DNA of 64,000 nucleotides from an uncultured Bdellovibrio sp. (GCA_964490895.1 CAZBEI010000065.1:1192-65191), one strand, 5' to 3'; counted from the stretch's first letter, positions 1 through 9,325 are shown. The notes: a model not told the origin generated them from the letters alone. Program-made: numbers and translations.

Positions 1-1598
1 ATCAGTCTTGTATCCTCCGTGGGGTGACCAATAGTAAAATGATAGAGACTCTGGAATCCCTTATTTTTTAGCCCCAATATATCATGTACAGGATTATCGA
101 AAAAACACCCAATCCCAGTGGCTCGAATCCCAACTACCTCGGCATCAAGATAAAGGACTTGGCCTACAAGCCCGCTCTCCCAAAACAAACGAGGATAAAA
201 CCAGGGCCCATTTTCACGAATCGGTTTCTCATACTGGGTAATCATACCCAGACTAAAACAACCATCACTAGCAATATCCTGTGCGCAAGACACCGCTTTT
301 GCGGCCTCGCGCACATCACTACTCAAAAGAGAAAAAAGTGGGAGGTTATCAGGACAACCGTCTGGTTTACTCCAAGAAAATTCGGGACGAGAGTTTTCTT
401 TAAAATACGGCATGTGACTGAGATTTCGAAAGAAGAAATAGAGCCCTGGTTTCAATCCCTCAACGCGATGAATGAAAATGAGAAAATTAACTTTAGGTTC
501 CCAATCAAACACTTCAAAGGGAACTCTTCCTCTTGCAGGCAGTGTATTTTCTAGTATGGAATAGAAATTATTTGAGCTCATTGTTCCAACTCCATCAAAG
601 GCAATGGCACTACGCCTTTGATGAATCATTTTTCTAATTGGAGGGTCCATACTCCTAACCTTTATTGTTCGTTCATCATACTTAATCTGTTCCAATTTCT
701 GTTTTTCAAATGGCTTTTCTGTAAGTTCTGACATCTTTTCTACCCATTGCCAATTCACGTGTTCGGGACTGAGTTCATTTGGAGTCCCTTGCCACTCGAG
801 TAAATCAAACGCATTAAAGAGTGATTGGCTTTCCAAAATAGTATTGGGAGGTTCGTTATATTTTGGAATAATGACAAGACAACAATCAGGATGTTCCCTG
901 TCCGGTCCTGATTGGTTTCTAAGACCAAGCATAGATTCTAATTCCTTAGTTCCAATATGGGAGAGCAGTCGGGTCTCCCAACCCAAAACTGCAGCGGCAA
1001 CGGTGACAGCTCCAATGGCGTGCCCTACGTCATGATGGCAATATCGAAAAGCACGCTCTCCGTATTTCCACGCTTCTCTCCAATAGATGGAAGTGAGTGC
1101 AATAAAAAAAGTATTTTCAGGAAGATCTCTAATCATTTCTTTCCAGATAGAATTTGAGAAGCGAGCTCGCACTTCGAGCATATGTTCCTTAGGTGCATAG
1201 TGTGCCACGATGGGGCCATCGCTCATCTCTTTGATTGGACCACAAATCAAATAGCCTTCGGTGGGATGAAGGTTTCCACTTGAGGGATTTACCCTCAAGG
1301 GCCAAGCAGAGTCTTGAAAACTTTTCCAAGCAGAAAGGCCAAGGCAATCCTGAAAGAGTTGTGAAATCGTATTAAAAGTGGGGCGGCAAACAATTGTTTC
1401 AGAACGGCTCAGGACTTCCTCATAGTTTGGACCTAAATCTTCTGAGCTTAATTTAAGAGGAATTTCTTTTGCCCCCTGATACCTTCGAAAGGGGTTTGGT
1501 TGATTGGCCCAATCTAAATAACCTGGGCCGGGGGAGGATCGGTGGAATTGGTGTTTACTGAGTTCATGGTACTCAAAAACTTCCTCAATTTGATTCAT
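1..1598 (-). CDS. Nitroreductase-superfamily protein with two tandem nitroreductase-like halves (SagB/ThcOx-type dehydrogenase-like); partial, continues past the window start
   Basis: Open minus-strand frame from ATG at 1598 to the window edge (over 530 aa). Absent from the ORF track because no stop falls in the window. Translation shows nitroreductase-like segments (HYAPKEHMLEV..YWREAWKYGERAFRYCHHDVGHAIGAV, and a second half ending GIGCFFD). Confidence 0.55.
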   Translation of the reverse strand, partial: MNQIEEVFEYHELSKHQFHRSSPGPGYLDWANQPNPFRRYQGAKEIPLKLSSEDLGPNYEEVLSRSETIVCRPTFNTISQLFQDCLGLSAWKSFQDSAWPLRVNPSSGNLHPTEGYLICGPIKEMSDGPIVAHYAPKEHMLEVRARFSNSIWKEMIRDLPENTFFIALTSIYWREAWKYGERAFRYCHHDVGHAIGAVTVAAAVLGWETRLLSHIGTKELESMLGLRNQSGPDREHPDCCLVIIPKYNEPPNTILESQSLFNAFDLLEWQGTPNELSPEHVNWQWVEKMSELTEKPFEKQKLEQIKYDERTIKVRSMDPPIRKMIHQRRSAIAFDGVGTMSSNNFYSILENTLPARGRVPFEVFDWEPKVNFLIFIHRVEGLKPGLYFFFRNLSHMPYFKENSRPEFSWSKPDGCPDNLPLFSLLSSDVREAAKAVSCAQDIASDGCFSLGMITQYEKPIRENGPWFYPRLFWESGLVGQVLYLDAEVVGIRATGIGCFFDNPVHDILGLKNKGFQSLYHFTIGHPTEDTRL

Positions 1599-1639
1599 AG
1601 ACCTTACATAACATTACAACTACTCCTCAGCCACCACTC

Positions 1640-1800
1640 TTCGTGCCCAACCGGACCTCAACTATTCTTATCTTGTTCCAATTCCAGCTGCGCGAAGTTC
1701 TTTCTCGCTTACAGTTCCAGCTTTACAGCAATCAAGAAGCTTTCCGTCCACGACCACAGCGGGGACTCTTGTAATGCCGTACTGCTTTGCCTTATCGTGG
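1640..1800 (-). pseudogene. Fragment of a thioredoxin/glutaredoxin-like gene (and merT 5' end), decayed copy of the 46296-46568 locus
   Basis: About 80-85% nucleotide similarity to 46290-46470; no intact ORF. Confidence 0.4.
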
Positions 1801-2037
1801 CACTCGTTGGTATCAGGTTTTAGCCTGGATGAAATTCAAAGCCTTCTCAACCTCCGAGTCCGCTCCGTAAAACGTTGTAACCAGGTCAGATTCAAAGCTG
1901 AGCAAAAACTAAAGGATGTTCAACAAAAGATGGTGCACCTAAAAAAATTGGAACGTACTCTCAAGAGTCTCGTTTCAGACTGTGAAAATCGCGTGGTCTC
2001 TGATTGTTGCCCGATTATTGAAAAGATGGAGGTTTAG
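1774..2037 (+). pseudogene. MerR-family regulator C-terminal fragment; the N-terminal HTH is missing
   Basis: The translation GFSLDEIQSLLNLRVRSVKRCNQVRFKAEQKLKDVQQKMVHLKKLERTLKSLVSDCENRVVSDCCPIIEKMEV is about 85% identical to the C-terminal half of the intact MerR at 46675-47088. The DNA-binding half is absent. Confidence 0.55.
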
Positions 2038-2039
2038 AG

Positions 2040-2858
2040 ATGGCTGAGCTGAGGCTTATCTACTTTGAGGGATGCCCGAATGCTGAAAGAGTGAGAAGGA
2101 GTTTGGAAGGTACGGGTTATAAGTTTGATGAGGTGATTTTTGGAACGACCACTGGTTCAGAGGGCGGATGCTCATTGGAGATTCCAACGACTCAAGAGAT
2201 TCAAGCCAAGATAGTCGAGGCTGGTGTTAGGGAGACAAAGAAGGCAAAACTTCTTGCGCCAACAGGTTCCCTTGGTTCAATTATAACTGTCATTCTTTGC
2301 CCAGTTTGTAAACCCGCCATTGCGGCGCTCTTAGGATCAGTTGGTCTTGGTTTCGTTGTGAATGAATCAATCTTACAATCTGTTCTGGTTATATTCTTAG
2401 CTCTCACAATCGGCGGCCTGTTATGGTCTTTCTTGAAAGTACATCGCAATATCTGGCCTGTGATTCTTGGAGCAACAATGTCATTGGCGCTTTATCTGGG
2501 CCGCTATGTTTACTTTGGATATATGGAAAACAATGTTTTGACCTATGGAAGTATCGCTGGCCTCGTGGCAGTGAGCATTTGGAATTTCAGACTAAAAAAA
2601 AAAACACCTGTGGTTCGTGTACCAATACAGGTCCTTGAGTTGATTGGAGTAATGATGAGAAAAATTATTTTGACTTTATTGATGGCCATTCCTCTTCAGA
2701 TTTTGGCAGAGAAGTCAAAAACAACTTTTCTCGTGGAGGGGATGACATGCGCATCATGCGCAGGATCGATTGAAAAATCAGTTAGGAAAGTTCCTGAAGT
2801 AGATTCGGTGAACATTTCGGTAAAAGCAGGAAAAGTCACTGTCGGGGAATCAAAATAG
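2040..2858 (+). CDS. Mosaic ORF: thioredoxin-like N-terminus, membrane segment with CPVC motif (MerT-like) and a truncated C-terminal HMA domain (GMTCASC, MerP-like); possibly a fused or decayed MerT-MerP
   Basis: Single 272-aa frame. An internal signal-peptide-like MMRKIILTLLMAIPLQILA precedes the HMA motif. The HMA domain lacks its last ~20 aa. An A11 homopolymer lies at 2594-2604. Confidence 0.3.
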   Translation: MAELRLIYFEGCPNAERVRRSLEGTGYKFDEVIFGTTTGSEGGCSLEIPTTQEIQAKIVEAGVRETKKAKLLAPTGSLGSIITVILCPVCKPAIAALLGSVGLGFVVNESILQSVLVIFLALTIGGLLWSFLKVHRNIWPVILGATMSLALYLGRYVYFGYMENNVLTYGSIAGLVAVSIWNFRLKKKTPVVRVPIQVLELIGVMMRKIILTLLMAIPLQILAEKSKTTFLVEGMTCASCAGSIEKSVRKVPEVDSVNISVKAGKVTVGESK

Positions 2859-3261
2859 AAAGATGCGCCCGACCGATGGACCAAAGCGATTACGTCTCGG
2901 TTTTACTCTGACTTGACAGCAGGCTTGATAAGTCGAGTATTCTTAAGAAGCGCATGAAAGTTCAAATCCCATCCAATTCCGAAATACTTCGGTGGAAAAA
3001 CTCTGTCGTCATCTAAAGAAACCACTTTTTCCTGACAAATTGTGGAGTCTCGTCGTATCAACGGACAACCTAGACATGTGGTTTTGCTCACGTTGGGGAA
3101 TATCCTCGATCCCAATGTTCAGAAAATGCAAGGTCTCAAAAAATCCTGGGTTTGATCAAAAATTACAGGTAAATGTCAATTGACAGCCCAAAGCTCTTTC
3201 GAGGATATTTAACTTTACTTTTTGGATTCAATTATATAAAATAGATCCTATAAGTAAAAAT

Positions 3262-3834
3262 ATGAAGCTCAACAAATTGAAACAAAAAGGAAAAATGGTC
3301 TTTAATACTGAGGATGCACGAAAGATTGGAATTTCGCGACAACTCATTGCCCATTATCTCCATCAGGGATTGATTATACGACTTTCCCATGGTGTCTATC
3401 GTCTAGAAGGCACTGAGAGCATTGATTTTGAAGAACTGATTAAAGAGGTCCTAGCCGCTATTCCAAACTCCGTCATCGGTCTAAAAACGGCTCTAAGAAT
3501 CTATAACCTTACCGAAGAGCTGCCTTCCGAAATTGATATCATTGTGCCCAAAGAAAATGTTCCAAAAAGGAGGCTCGAAAACGTGCGTCTCTATCGCATC
3601 AAAGGGAATATTTATCGACACGATGTAAAACAAATCCATGGACTGCCCGTAACATCTCCTGAAAGAACAGTGATTGATCTTCTTAGATTCAATGAACCCA
3701 TGTCACTCATTTTGGAAGTCCTTGCTGAAGCGAAACAAAAAAGTATTGCCATTAGCATTCCTAAACTTAAAAAGATGAGTAAAATGTTTAGGGTTCAGGG
3801 AAAAATGAAGCAACTTCTTGAGGCGTGGGTATGA
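3262..3834 (+). CDS. AbiEi-family (type IV TA antitoxin-like) wHTH transcriptional regulator
   Basis: 190 aa. N-terminal wHTH (FNTEDARKIGISRQLIAHYLHQGLIIRLSHGVYRL) and a conserved C-terminal TSPERTVIDLL block typical of AbiEi. No AbiEii nucleotidyltransferase follows it. Confidence 0.5.
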   Translation: MKLNKLKQKGKMVFNTEDARKIGISRQLIAHYLHQGLIIRLSHGVYRLEGTESIDFEELIKEVLAAIPNSVIGLKTALRIYNLTEELPSEIDIIVPKENVPKRRLENVRLYRIKGNIYRHDVKQIHGLPVTSPERTVIDLLRFNEPMSLILEVLAEAKQKSIAISIPKLKKMSKMFRVQGKMKQLLEAWV

Positions 3835-3843
3835 CAAAGTGGA

Positions 3844-4074
3844 ATGAAAAGGATTTACGAACTCGTCTATCCACCATACTCCTCGACTTTGATGGTTGCA
3901 GAAGGACTAGACTTAAAAACAGTCAAAGAAATCTGTGGTCACAAAGATATCTCCACACCAATGACGGTTGTGCACTTGAGTTGCAGATTGTATTACAAAT
4001 GTTGCAAAAGTATTCGCAATAGTGCCTGCTGCAACATGTCCAAAGCTTCGTCTTGTCAGTTAGTTTTTGAGTGA
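3844..4074 (+). pseudogene. Tyrosine recombinase (phage-type integrase) C-terminal remnant, frameshifted
   Basis: LMVAEGLDLKTVKEICGHKDIST matches the integrase fragment at 62665-63024. A 1-nt indel destroys the catalytic Tyr region. Confidence 0.6.
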
Positions 4075-4101
4075 GGGCAGAGTTCTGAACATGGTTAGAC
4101 A
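3885..4101. repeat. Left copy of an ~215-bp imperfect direct repeat (integrase 3' end plus ~40 bp downstream)
   Basis: Aligns with 62848-63061 with ~10 mismatches and a 1-nt indel. The last ~100 bp are identical, then the flanks diverge sharply at 4102 / 63062. Confidence 0.7.
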
Positions 4102-4185
4102 TCCGTTAGACATCCAAAAAATTAAATTTTTAGTAGTATTATTTAGTTTTTTATACTATTTAAAACTACAAAGAGGTGAGTCACT

Positions 4186-4398
4186 ATGGGATTGCCCCAA
4201 ACAGTACGTTTTGATGATGATTTAGAAAAGAGAGTGAAAAAATATTTAGTTCAAAATAAGATAAAATTCCCCCAGCTTGTGAGGCTTGCTCTGGAGAAAT
4301 TTATTTCGGAGCCTCAGACATTAACTTTTATGCCAACAGAAAAAAGAGCTGACCCAGTCAAGCCAAAGTCTGTGCATAGAGGTCCAGGGAGAATTTAA
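4186..4398 (+). CDS. Small ribbon-helix-helix (CopG/Arc-like) DNA-binding protein
   Basis: Strong RBS AGAGGTGA 8 nt upstream. The N-terminus QTVRFDDDLEKRVKKYLVQNKIKFPQLVRLALEKFI fits a beta-strand plus two-helix RHH pattern. Confidence 0.45.
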   Translation: MGLPQTVRFDDDLEKRVKKYLVQNKIKFPQLVRLALEKFISEPQTLTFMPTEKRADPVKPKSVHRGPGRI

Positions 4399-4416
4399 CA
4401 AACTTAGGAGGTTTTT

Positions 4417-4638
4417 ATGTTTATGTCTAAGTTAATGTCATGGTTAATTACAGTTGCAATAATGCTCGCTTCAATTGGAGTTCTGGGGAAGGCGACTCTG
4501 TACCTAGCCATAAAAGCAGCAGAGTCTTGTCAATATGAACAGTTTAGTCTTGCAAAGTGGAATAGAGCTTTAGTGGGGCCCGATACTGTGGGTGCTCATT
4601 CAAAAAACAGGAATAAAGACGCTAAAGGCCACCATTAG
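4417..4638 (+). CDS. Small single-TM membrane protein
   Basis: RBS AGGAGG 7 nt upstream. Hydrophobic helix LMSWLITVAIMLASIGVLG. Paired with the RHH gene. Confidence 0.4.
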   Translation: MFMSKLMSWLITVAIMLASIGVLGKATLYLAIKAAESCQYEQFSLAKWNRALVGPDTVGAHSKNRNKDAKGHH

Positions 4639-4809
4639 AGAGAATTCTCCTTTCCAAATGCTTCGAGCCGTTTTTGAATGCAGTCTCTGATTTCTCTAAA
4701 TGAACGAAGACGGTCTTCCTTGGTGGTGCCACTTGACCCAGGATCAGAAAAGGGCCTTTATCTTGGCACTTCCTAGGATATTGCTGCACGCAAAAGCCCG
4801 TGTTTGTCG

Positions 4810-5154
4810 TCAACTTTGAGTAAAGAGCTGATAAAACGGTGGAAATGTTGTGAGCAATCCAAATAATACTAATCCAAATATGATTTTGAGCCAAAATGTT
4901 TCATCTAACTCTCTTTTTTTCATAAAGGTGTTCAAGATAAGCCACCCCATGAAATAGATGAGCACTGCTACACTGGTTTTGCCTGAAAGAGGGCCCACCG
5001 GATCGTAAAAATTTAGAGCAGGCTTAATCATTTTTGGACTTACCTCAGCTAAAATGGTGAGGATGCCCAGAGACGCGCTGCCCATTCCTGCAGCCATCAA
5101 AGCGGCGATCGGTTTTCCGTTTGGAACTAATTGATGTCGAGTAGAAGTCATCAT
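4810..5154 (-). CDS. Hypothetical integral membrane protein
   Basis: 114 aa, three hydrophobic segments. Last gene of the tightly packed minus-strand operon 4810-10012. Confidence 0.4.
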   Translation of the reverse strand: MMTSTRHQLVPNGKPIAALMAAGMGSASLGILTILAEVSPKMIKPALNFYDPVGPLSGKTSVAVLIYFMGWLILNTFMKKRELDETFWLKIIFGLVLFGLLTTFPPFYQLFTQS

Positions 5155-5169
5155 TTTATTCTCCTTTTA

Positions 5170-5700
5170 TTAACGAGTTGCAGCGACTTTGTTGATAAAA
5201 GCTCCAAATAGACCAGCCACTGCAGCAGATGCAAAGGTGATAATGAGAAGCCAAAACAGGGTGCGTCGCATGCGTGGGAAATCCTTAATTCGCTCCCCAT
5301 AATATTGAGCGCTATAGGCGATAGAGGTTAGAAGCATTGGAGCGATCCATGCCACATGCTCTTTCCATTCCATTCCAAACTCATGCCATTCTTTCGTGTT
5401 TGGTTTTGAAAGAAGAAAGTACCGAGGAAAATTAAACAGCTCAGTCCCAGCTACAGGTTTTGCCCGGTACCAGACATAGACAACCCAAGTACCCGTGATC
5501 ACCGTGCCCCAGGCAATGAGGGCCATAGCCCAAAGCCCAAGTTTCAGTCTTCGGCTGTTTTCCATAGCCCCTTCGGGGGTGATCCAGGAAGCCTTGAGTT
5601 CATATAGATCTGCAATAGCGCCGCCAAAAGCCAGCAGAAAGACTGCACCTAAAACCATTCCATGCAACACTGTCCAAATTTCTCGAATACTTAATTCCAT
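5170..5700 (-). CDS. Hypothetical integral membrane protein
   Basis: 176 aa, four predicted TM helices, Trp-rich loops. 16-bp gap to the downstream gene. Confidence 0.45.
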   Translation of the reverse strand: MELSIREIWTVLHGMVLGAVFLLAFGGAIADLYELKASWITPEGAMENSRRLKLGLWAMALIAWGTVITGTWVVYVWYRAKPVAGTELFNFPRYFLLSKPNTKEWHEFGMEWKEHVAWIAPMLLTSIAYSAQYYGERIKDFPRMRRTLFWLLIITFASAAVAGLFGAFINKVAATR

Positions 5701-5719
5701 GTGAGACCCCCTTTTAAAT

Positions 5720-6685
5720 TTATCTCAAATCAGTCACCACTTCTTTATTTTTGAGTATAAGTCGATAATGATATTGTGGATAGTTTTTGCTGAGAATTTT
5801 CTTGGCTTTTTCCTTATCCATAACAAAAGTTGCGGTGGACAAAATGTCACATACCATTGCAGATGGGCCGAGAATGGTTGTGTACAGAAATGCTTGTGCC
5901 GGTCTCAGTTTTTTTGGATCAATGAGATGGTGCCACTTTCCATCTTCAGAATAGCTCTCATTTTCTATGCCCGAAGAAGCAATGGATTCATTCTGAAGTT
6001 CGACCGGAAGGGTGCCCCGAGAGAGTGGATTATAAATCGCCACATTCCATTTTTTCCCATTTGCATGTTCTCCTTTGAGCTTTATATTACCTGAGAAATT
6101 AACCAGATAAGAAGTAATCCCTTGTTGCTCTAAGTAATTTGAAACCAGGTCAACGGCATAACCCTTAGCAATTCCGTCAAGTGTAATTGCCATCGCAGGA
6201 GTGGCAAAAGAAATCTGGTGTGCAGAGACTCTAATTTTACGATAATCAATAAGCAACTTGAGTCGGTCAAGAGATTTTTCGTCAATCAAACCAGAGCCAT
6301 TTTGAAAATGTTTTTTGATCTCCCGCAGGAGTGGCCAAACCGTGATATCAAAGTATCCGTCTGTCTTAGCTCCAGCTTCGATGGCGATTTGAATTATTTT
6401 TTTAAAATGAGTGGAGGGTTCTTCAATAAAGCCTTTCTCATTTAAACGAGAAATTTCGCTATCGATAAGGTAGAGGCTCATTGAGGCTTCTAGGTCATCC
6501 AGTATTTTTTTTATATCGAGCTGATGTTTTTTAGCTTCGGCTGACAAGCATGGATTTACGTACTGAATTTCGAAAACCGTACCCATGCTTGGAATGTGGA
6601 CTATGTGATCACAAAGTGGAGATGCCTGAAGTGGTATACCCATCAGTCCGAGCCAAAAAAAGTATACACTCCACTTAAATTTCAT
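5720..6685 (-). CDS. apbE: ApbE-family FAD:protein FMN transferase (flavin transferase) with signal peptide
   Basis: 321 aa with signal peptide. Contains the MAITLDGIAKGYAVD block matching the ApbE signature. Confidence 0.7.
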   Translation of the reverse strand: MKFKWSVYFFWLGLMGIPLQASPLCDHIVHIPSMGTVFEIQYVNPCLSAEAKKHQLDIKKILDDLEASMSLYLIDSEISRLNEKGFIEEPSTHFKKIIQIAIEAGAKTDGYFDITVWPLLREIKKHFQNGSGLIDEKSLDRLKLLIDYRKIRVSAHQISFATPAMAITLDGIAKGYAVDLVSNYLEQQGITSYLVNFSGNIKLKGEHANGKKWNVAIYNPLSRGTLPVELQNESIASSGIENESYSEDGKWHHLIDPKKLRPAQAFLYTTILGPSAMVCDILSTATFVMDKEKAKKILSKNYPQYHYRLILKNKEVVTDLR

Positions 6686-7130
6686 TTAATATCCATTCTT
6701 TTAGCATTAATAATTCGTCCATTCCGCTGGTCCAAATCTCTCCTCCATCATGGCCGGCACCTTTATTCTGGACTTTGATAAACATCAGACTCTTTTCAGG
6801 GTCTTTTGGCGTAATTTTCTTTAGACTCGACAAGTAATCTTTTTCGGCATCTCCAGTTAAATCAAAAGGCTCTCCCATTCCTTTGTGACACTCAAAACAC
6901 TTGGCTTGCATGTAGGGATAAACTTTTTTGATAAAAACCTGTTTCCCATTGGGAACGGGGGGCGGACTCTCAGTGTTTTTTGGTGCTTCTTTTGGTGAAC
7001 CTGTTTCGGGAGGCTTTGCAGGAGGATTATCAGTTGTCTTTGATGGAGCTGGCAGCCCACGCTTAAAGGGGTGGTCTGCACCACAGGAAAATAAAAACAG
7101 GACAGAAAAAAAAGGGATTAATTTATTCAT
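6675..7130 (-). CDS. Mono-heme c-type cytochrome lipoprotein
   Basis: Lipobox LFSC, a Pro-rich linker, and a single CFECH (CxxCH) haem-binding motif. Confidence 0.5.
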   Translation of the reverse strand: MNKLIPFFSVLFLFSCGADHPFKRGLPAPSKTTDNPPAKPPETGSPKEAPKNTESPPPVPNGKQVFIKKVYPYMQAKCFECHKGMGEPFDLTGDAEKDYLSSLKKITPKDPEKSLMFIKVQNKGAGHDGGEIWTSGMDELLMLKEWILNEI

Positions 7131-7138
7131 ATCAGCTC

Positions 7139-7684
7139 CTATTTTCTAGACTCCTCTTTTTTTAGTACAAAGGCATTAAAAGCAAAACTTGATTTCCTCA
7201 CAGCCTCTGATACGGCTCGAGAGGAGCGCGTAGCTCCTGAAACTGCATCAATGTCGCTTCCCACTTGAAATACCTCCGATGATTTTTTTCCTGAGAATTG
7301 TTTCAGGAACCGAAGTTCTTTTACGGGCTTGCCTCTTTCTTCGGAATATTCGATCACGCGAACAGATCTGATAATTCCGTCTGACTCAAAGCAAACTCCA
7401 ATGGTCATTGGGCCTTCTTTTCCTTCTTGAGGCACAACAGTACAGGCGACTTTTAGATGATCTTTTTCATCTTTTCCAAAATAAAATGTAAAAGAAGCAT
7501 CCGACGAAGTGTCTGCAAGTGTTTTTAGCTTTTTTAATTGTTCTGTGTTTAATACAAATGTCTCTTTAGTTTTTTTAGGAACGCTCGATAGAAATTCTTT
7601 TAGAAAATCTCTTGGTTCTTGCACTATCTCTCCTAAACAGAGGCAAGCAAAGAATGAAAATAAAATAAAGTGATAAAGTATCAT
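7139..7684 (-). CDS. FMN-binding domain protein (NqrC/RnfG/NosR-type FMN_bind), membrane-anchored
   Basis: N-terminal TM helix. C-terminal DAVSGATRSSRAVSEAV matches the FMN_bind flavinylation motif (Thr/Ser target of ApbE). Confidence 0.55.
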   Translation of the reverse strand: MILYHFILFSFFACLCLGEIVQEPRDFLKEFLSSVPKKTKETFVLNTEQLKKLKTLADTSSDASFTFYFGKDEKDHLKVACTVVPQEGKEGPMTIGVCFESDGIIRSVRVIEYSEERGKPVKELRFLKQFSGKKSSEVFQVGSDIDAVSGATRSSRAVSEAVRKSSFAFNAFVLKKEESRK

Positions 7685-8266
7685 CTATACCTCAACTGTG
7701 CCAAGGCTACGAATTTCAGGCCGTCGAAAGACTTCAAATAAAATGACAATCCAAAGCAAACCAAATGATACGGCCATCAGTGTTCCAGCTGCCGCCGTCA
7801 AATAGGCAAAAGACGGGCCTAGCAACCGAGTCACAATAAAACTTAAATTATCTAGTACAATGGTCAAATAAGGCACCCCAACTAAGGCTGTCTTAAATTT
7901 AGTCCCAACTCCTGTAAAAAGGGCCAACAACGTTAATCCAAAAAAGAAACTTGTCATCCCAAATAGATGGAAGTGTCCTTCGGCTACAAATTTTTTCATG
8001 CCCGGTTGCGAAACAGGAGGAGCCACCGTAGCTGTTTTAGCATCCAAGTCGAATGCTTCTTCCTTCTGTGCCACAACATTTGTTTTAATTTTTTCAGACG
8101 CTCCATAGTAATGAAGCGCGATTTGATCTGGTTTTAGACCTACGACCAGCGCAACATTGACGAGAGCGTAAATATATCCTGCAGTCAATGATAGCAAGTA
8201 TCCTAGAACAAGCGCTTTTAGAGGAAGAGGGGCATTTCTTAATTTAAATCTAAAAAATTCGTTCAC
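7685..8266 (-). CDS. Hypothetical integral membrane protein
   Basis: 193 aa, four or five hydrophobic helices. Abuts the FMN-binding gene with no gap. Confidence 0.45.
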   Translation of the reverse strand: MNEFFRFKLRNAPLPLKALVLGYLLSLTAGYIYALVNVALVVGLKPDQIALHYYGASEKIKTNVVAQKEEAFDLDAKTATVAPPVSQPGMKKFVAEGHFHLFGMTSFFFGLTLLALFTGVGTKFKTALVGVPYLTIVLDNLSFIVTRLLGPSFAYLTAAAGTLMAVSFGLLWIVILFEVFRRPEIRSLGTVEV

Positions 8267-8275
8267 TTTTTCTCC

Positions 8276-9316
8276 TTAAAAATCAAGCGCAAACATCAGA
8301 CGGAATAAATCATTGGGTTTTTCATCAAGTGCTTCGAGGTTCCATTGGTATTCGAGTATAAATTTCATAACGTCGATCGGAAATACAAAAGACAAATCAA
8401 AAGAGTGTGAATCTTGTTGGCTTTTTTGCTGTGAATTATTAATGTAAGTCCCATAGCGAATTCGAGGCTCAACAAAACCTAAAGCATTTGTTGCCAACTC
8501 AATATAATCTCCATATTTTCTAAAATTTCCTAATAATCCCTGAAAAATTTTAGCATCAGCAAAACCCAGTCCTAATTTTAGGTTTTTTAAAACCGGGAGA
8601 TTGACAAGATGATAATCAGTCCATAGGTCTCCTCCTAAAAGAACGAGAGGTTTTCCAATTTGCCACTGTGTGTAGTAACCCGATAGAATGAGTTTAATCT
8701 TTTCGAATGGAAATCCTGAGAGCCTGAGTCCCAGGGCCTGGGTGTTTGGGTCCGCGGGCAAGTTTAATTCTACGTCTTTGTCAGCTTTAGGTTCTCCAAA
8801 ACCATTGACGAGATAAGTATCTAAATTCCATTGATTTATCTCAAAGGTAAGTATGGCCCCATTTTCAGCCCAAATATTGGGAAACATCACTCCTTTTGCA
8901 GCAAATCCTTGTACACCCCCATAAAGATGATGGTAACGAGAAGTATCTCCAAAAGGGATCAGCACTTTTCCAAGATACGCTATTATTTTTTCAGTTGGCT
9001 TATAAATAATTTCTAAAAAACTTTTTGAGATGATTTCTCCTAAAAACGAAACTTTTTCTGAAGCATTGAGTTTTAAAAAAACTAAGAAATGATTATTTTT
9101 AAAGGTGTCATTTTGTCTGATCAGAGAAGGATTTTGATAGGGAGAAATTTCGTAAGACAAATCTAGTCTCCCTATCAATTTGAAAGGGATTTTTTCAGCT
9201 TGTGTGTTTACGTGTTTTGGAACTATTTCGGGAGAGTCTAGGTCTAAACTTTCCTCAGCCCATCCTTCAGAGAGCAGTAAAAAAACAAATAAGCTTAGTA
9301 AACCTATTTTTTTCAT
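8276..9316 (-). CDS. Putative outer-membrane beta-barrel protein
   Basis: Signal peptide, alternating amphipathic strands, C-terminal ..FALDF ending in Phe. Confidence 0.5.
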   Translation of the reverse strand: MKKIGLLSLFVFLLLSEGWAEESLDLDSPEIVPKHVNTQAEKIPFKLIGRLDLSYEISPYQNPSLIRQNDTFKNNHFLVFLKLNASEKVSFLGEIISKSFLEIIYKPTEKIIAYLGKVLIPFGDTSRYHHLYGGVQGFAAKGVMFPNIWAENGAILTFEINQWNLDTYLVNGFGEPKADKDVELNLPADPNTQALGLRLSGFPFEKIKLILSGYYTQWQIGKPLVLLGGDLWTDYHLVNLPVLKNLKLGLGFADAKIFQGLLGNFRKYGDYIELATNALGFVEPRIRYGTYINNSQQKSQQDSHSFDLSFVFPIDVMKFILEYQWNLEALDEKPNDLFRLMFALDF

Positions 9317-9325
9317 TCCGTACTC

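Noticed and set aside
84-554. 156-aa plus-strand ORF at the window start
   Set aside because: It is antisense to the long, clearly homologous nitroreductase-family frame on the minus strand, and its composition is low-complexity and not protein-like.
1542-1823. 93-aa plus-strand ORF
   Set aside because: It spans the nitroreductase start and the decayed thioredoxin/merT remnant, with no RBS or homology; it is a by-product of the pseudogene region.
2903-3183. Short ORFs between the mosaic MerTP-like ORF and AbiEi
   Set aside because: No RBS and no homology. More likely a promoter/intergenic region; a TTGACA-like -35 sits at ~3179.
3825-4022. 65-aa ORF overlapping the integrase remnant in another frame
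   Set aside because: It is an alternative frame of the degenerate integrase 3' end. The homologous frame is 3844-4074.
4622-4894. 90-aa minus-strand ORF
   Set aside because: It overlaps the 3' end of the membrane-protein gene 4810-5154 out of frame and has no RBS; likely spurious.
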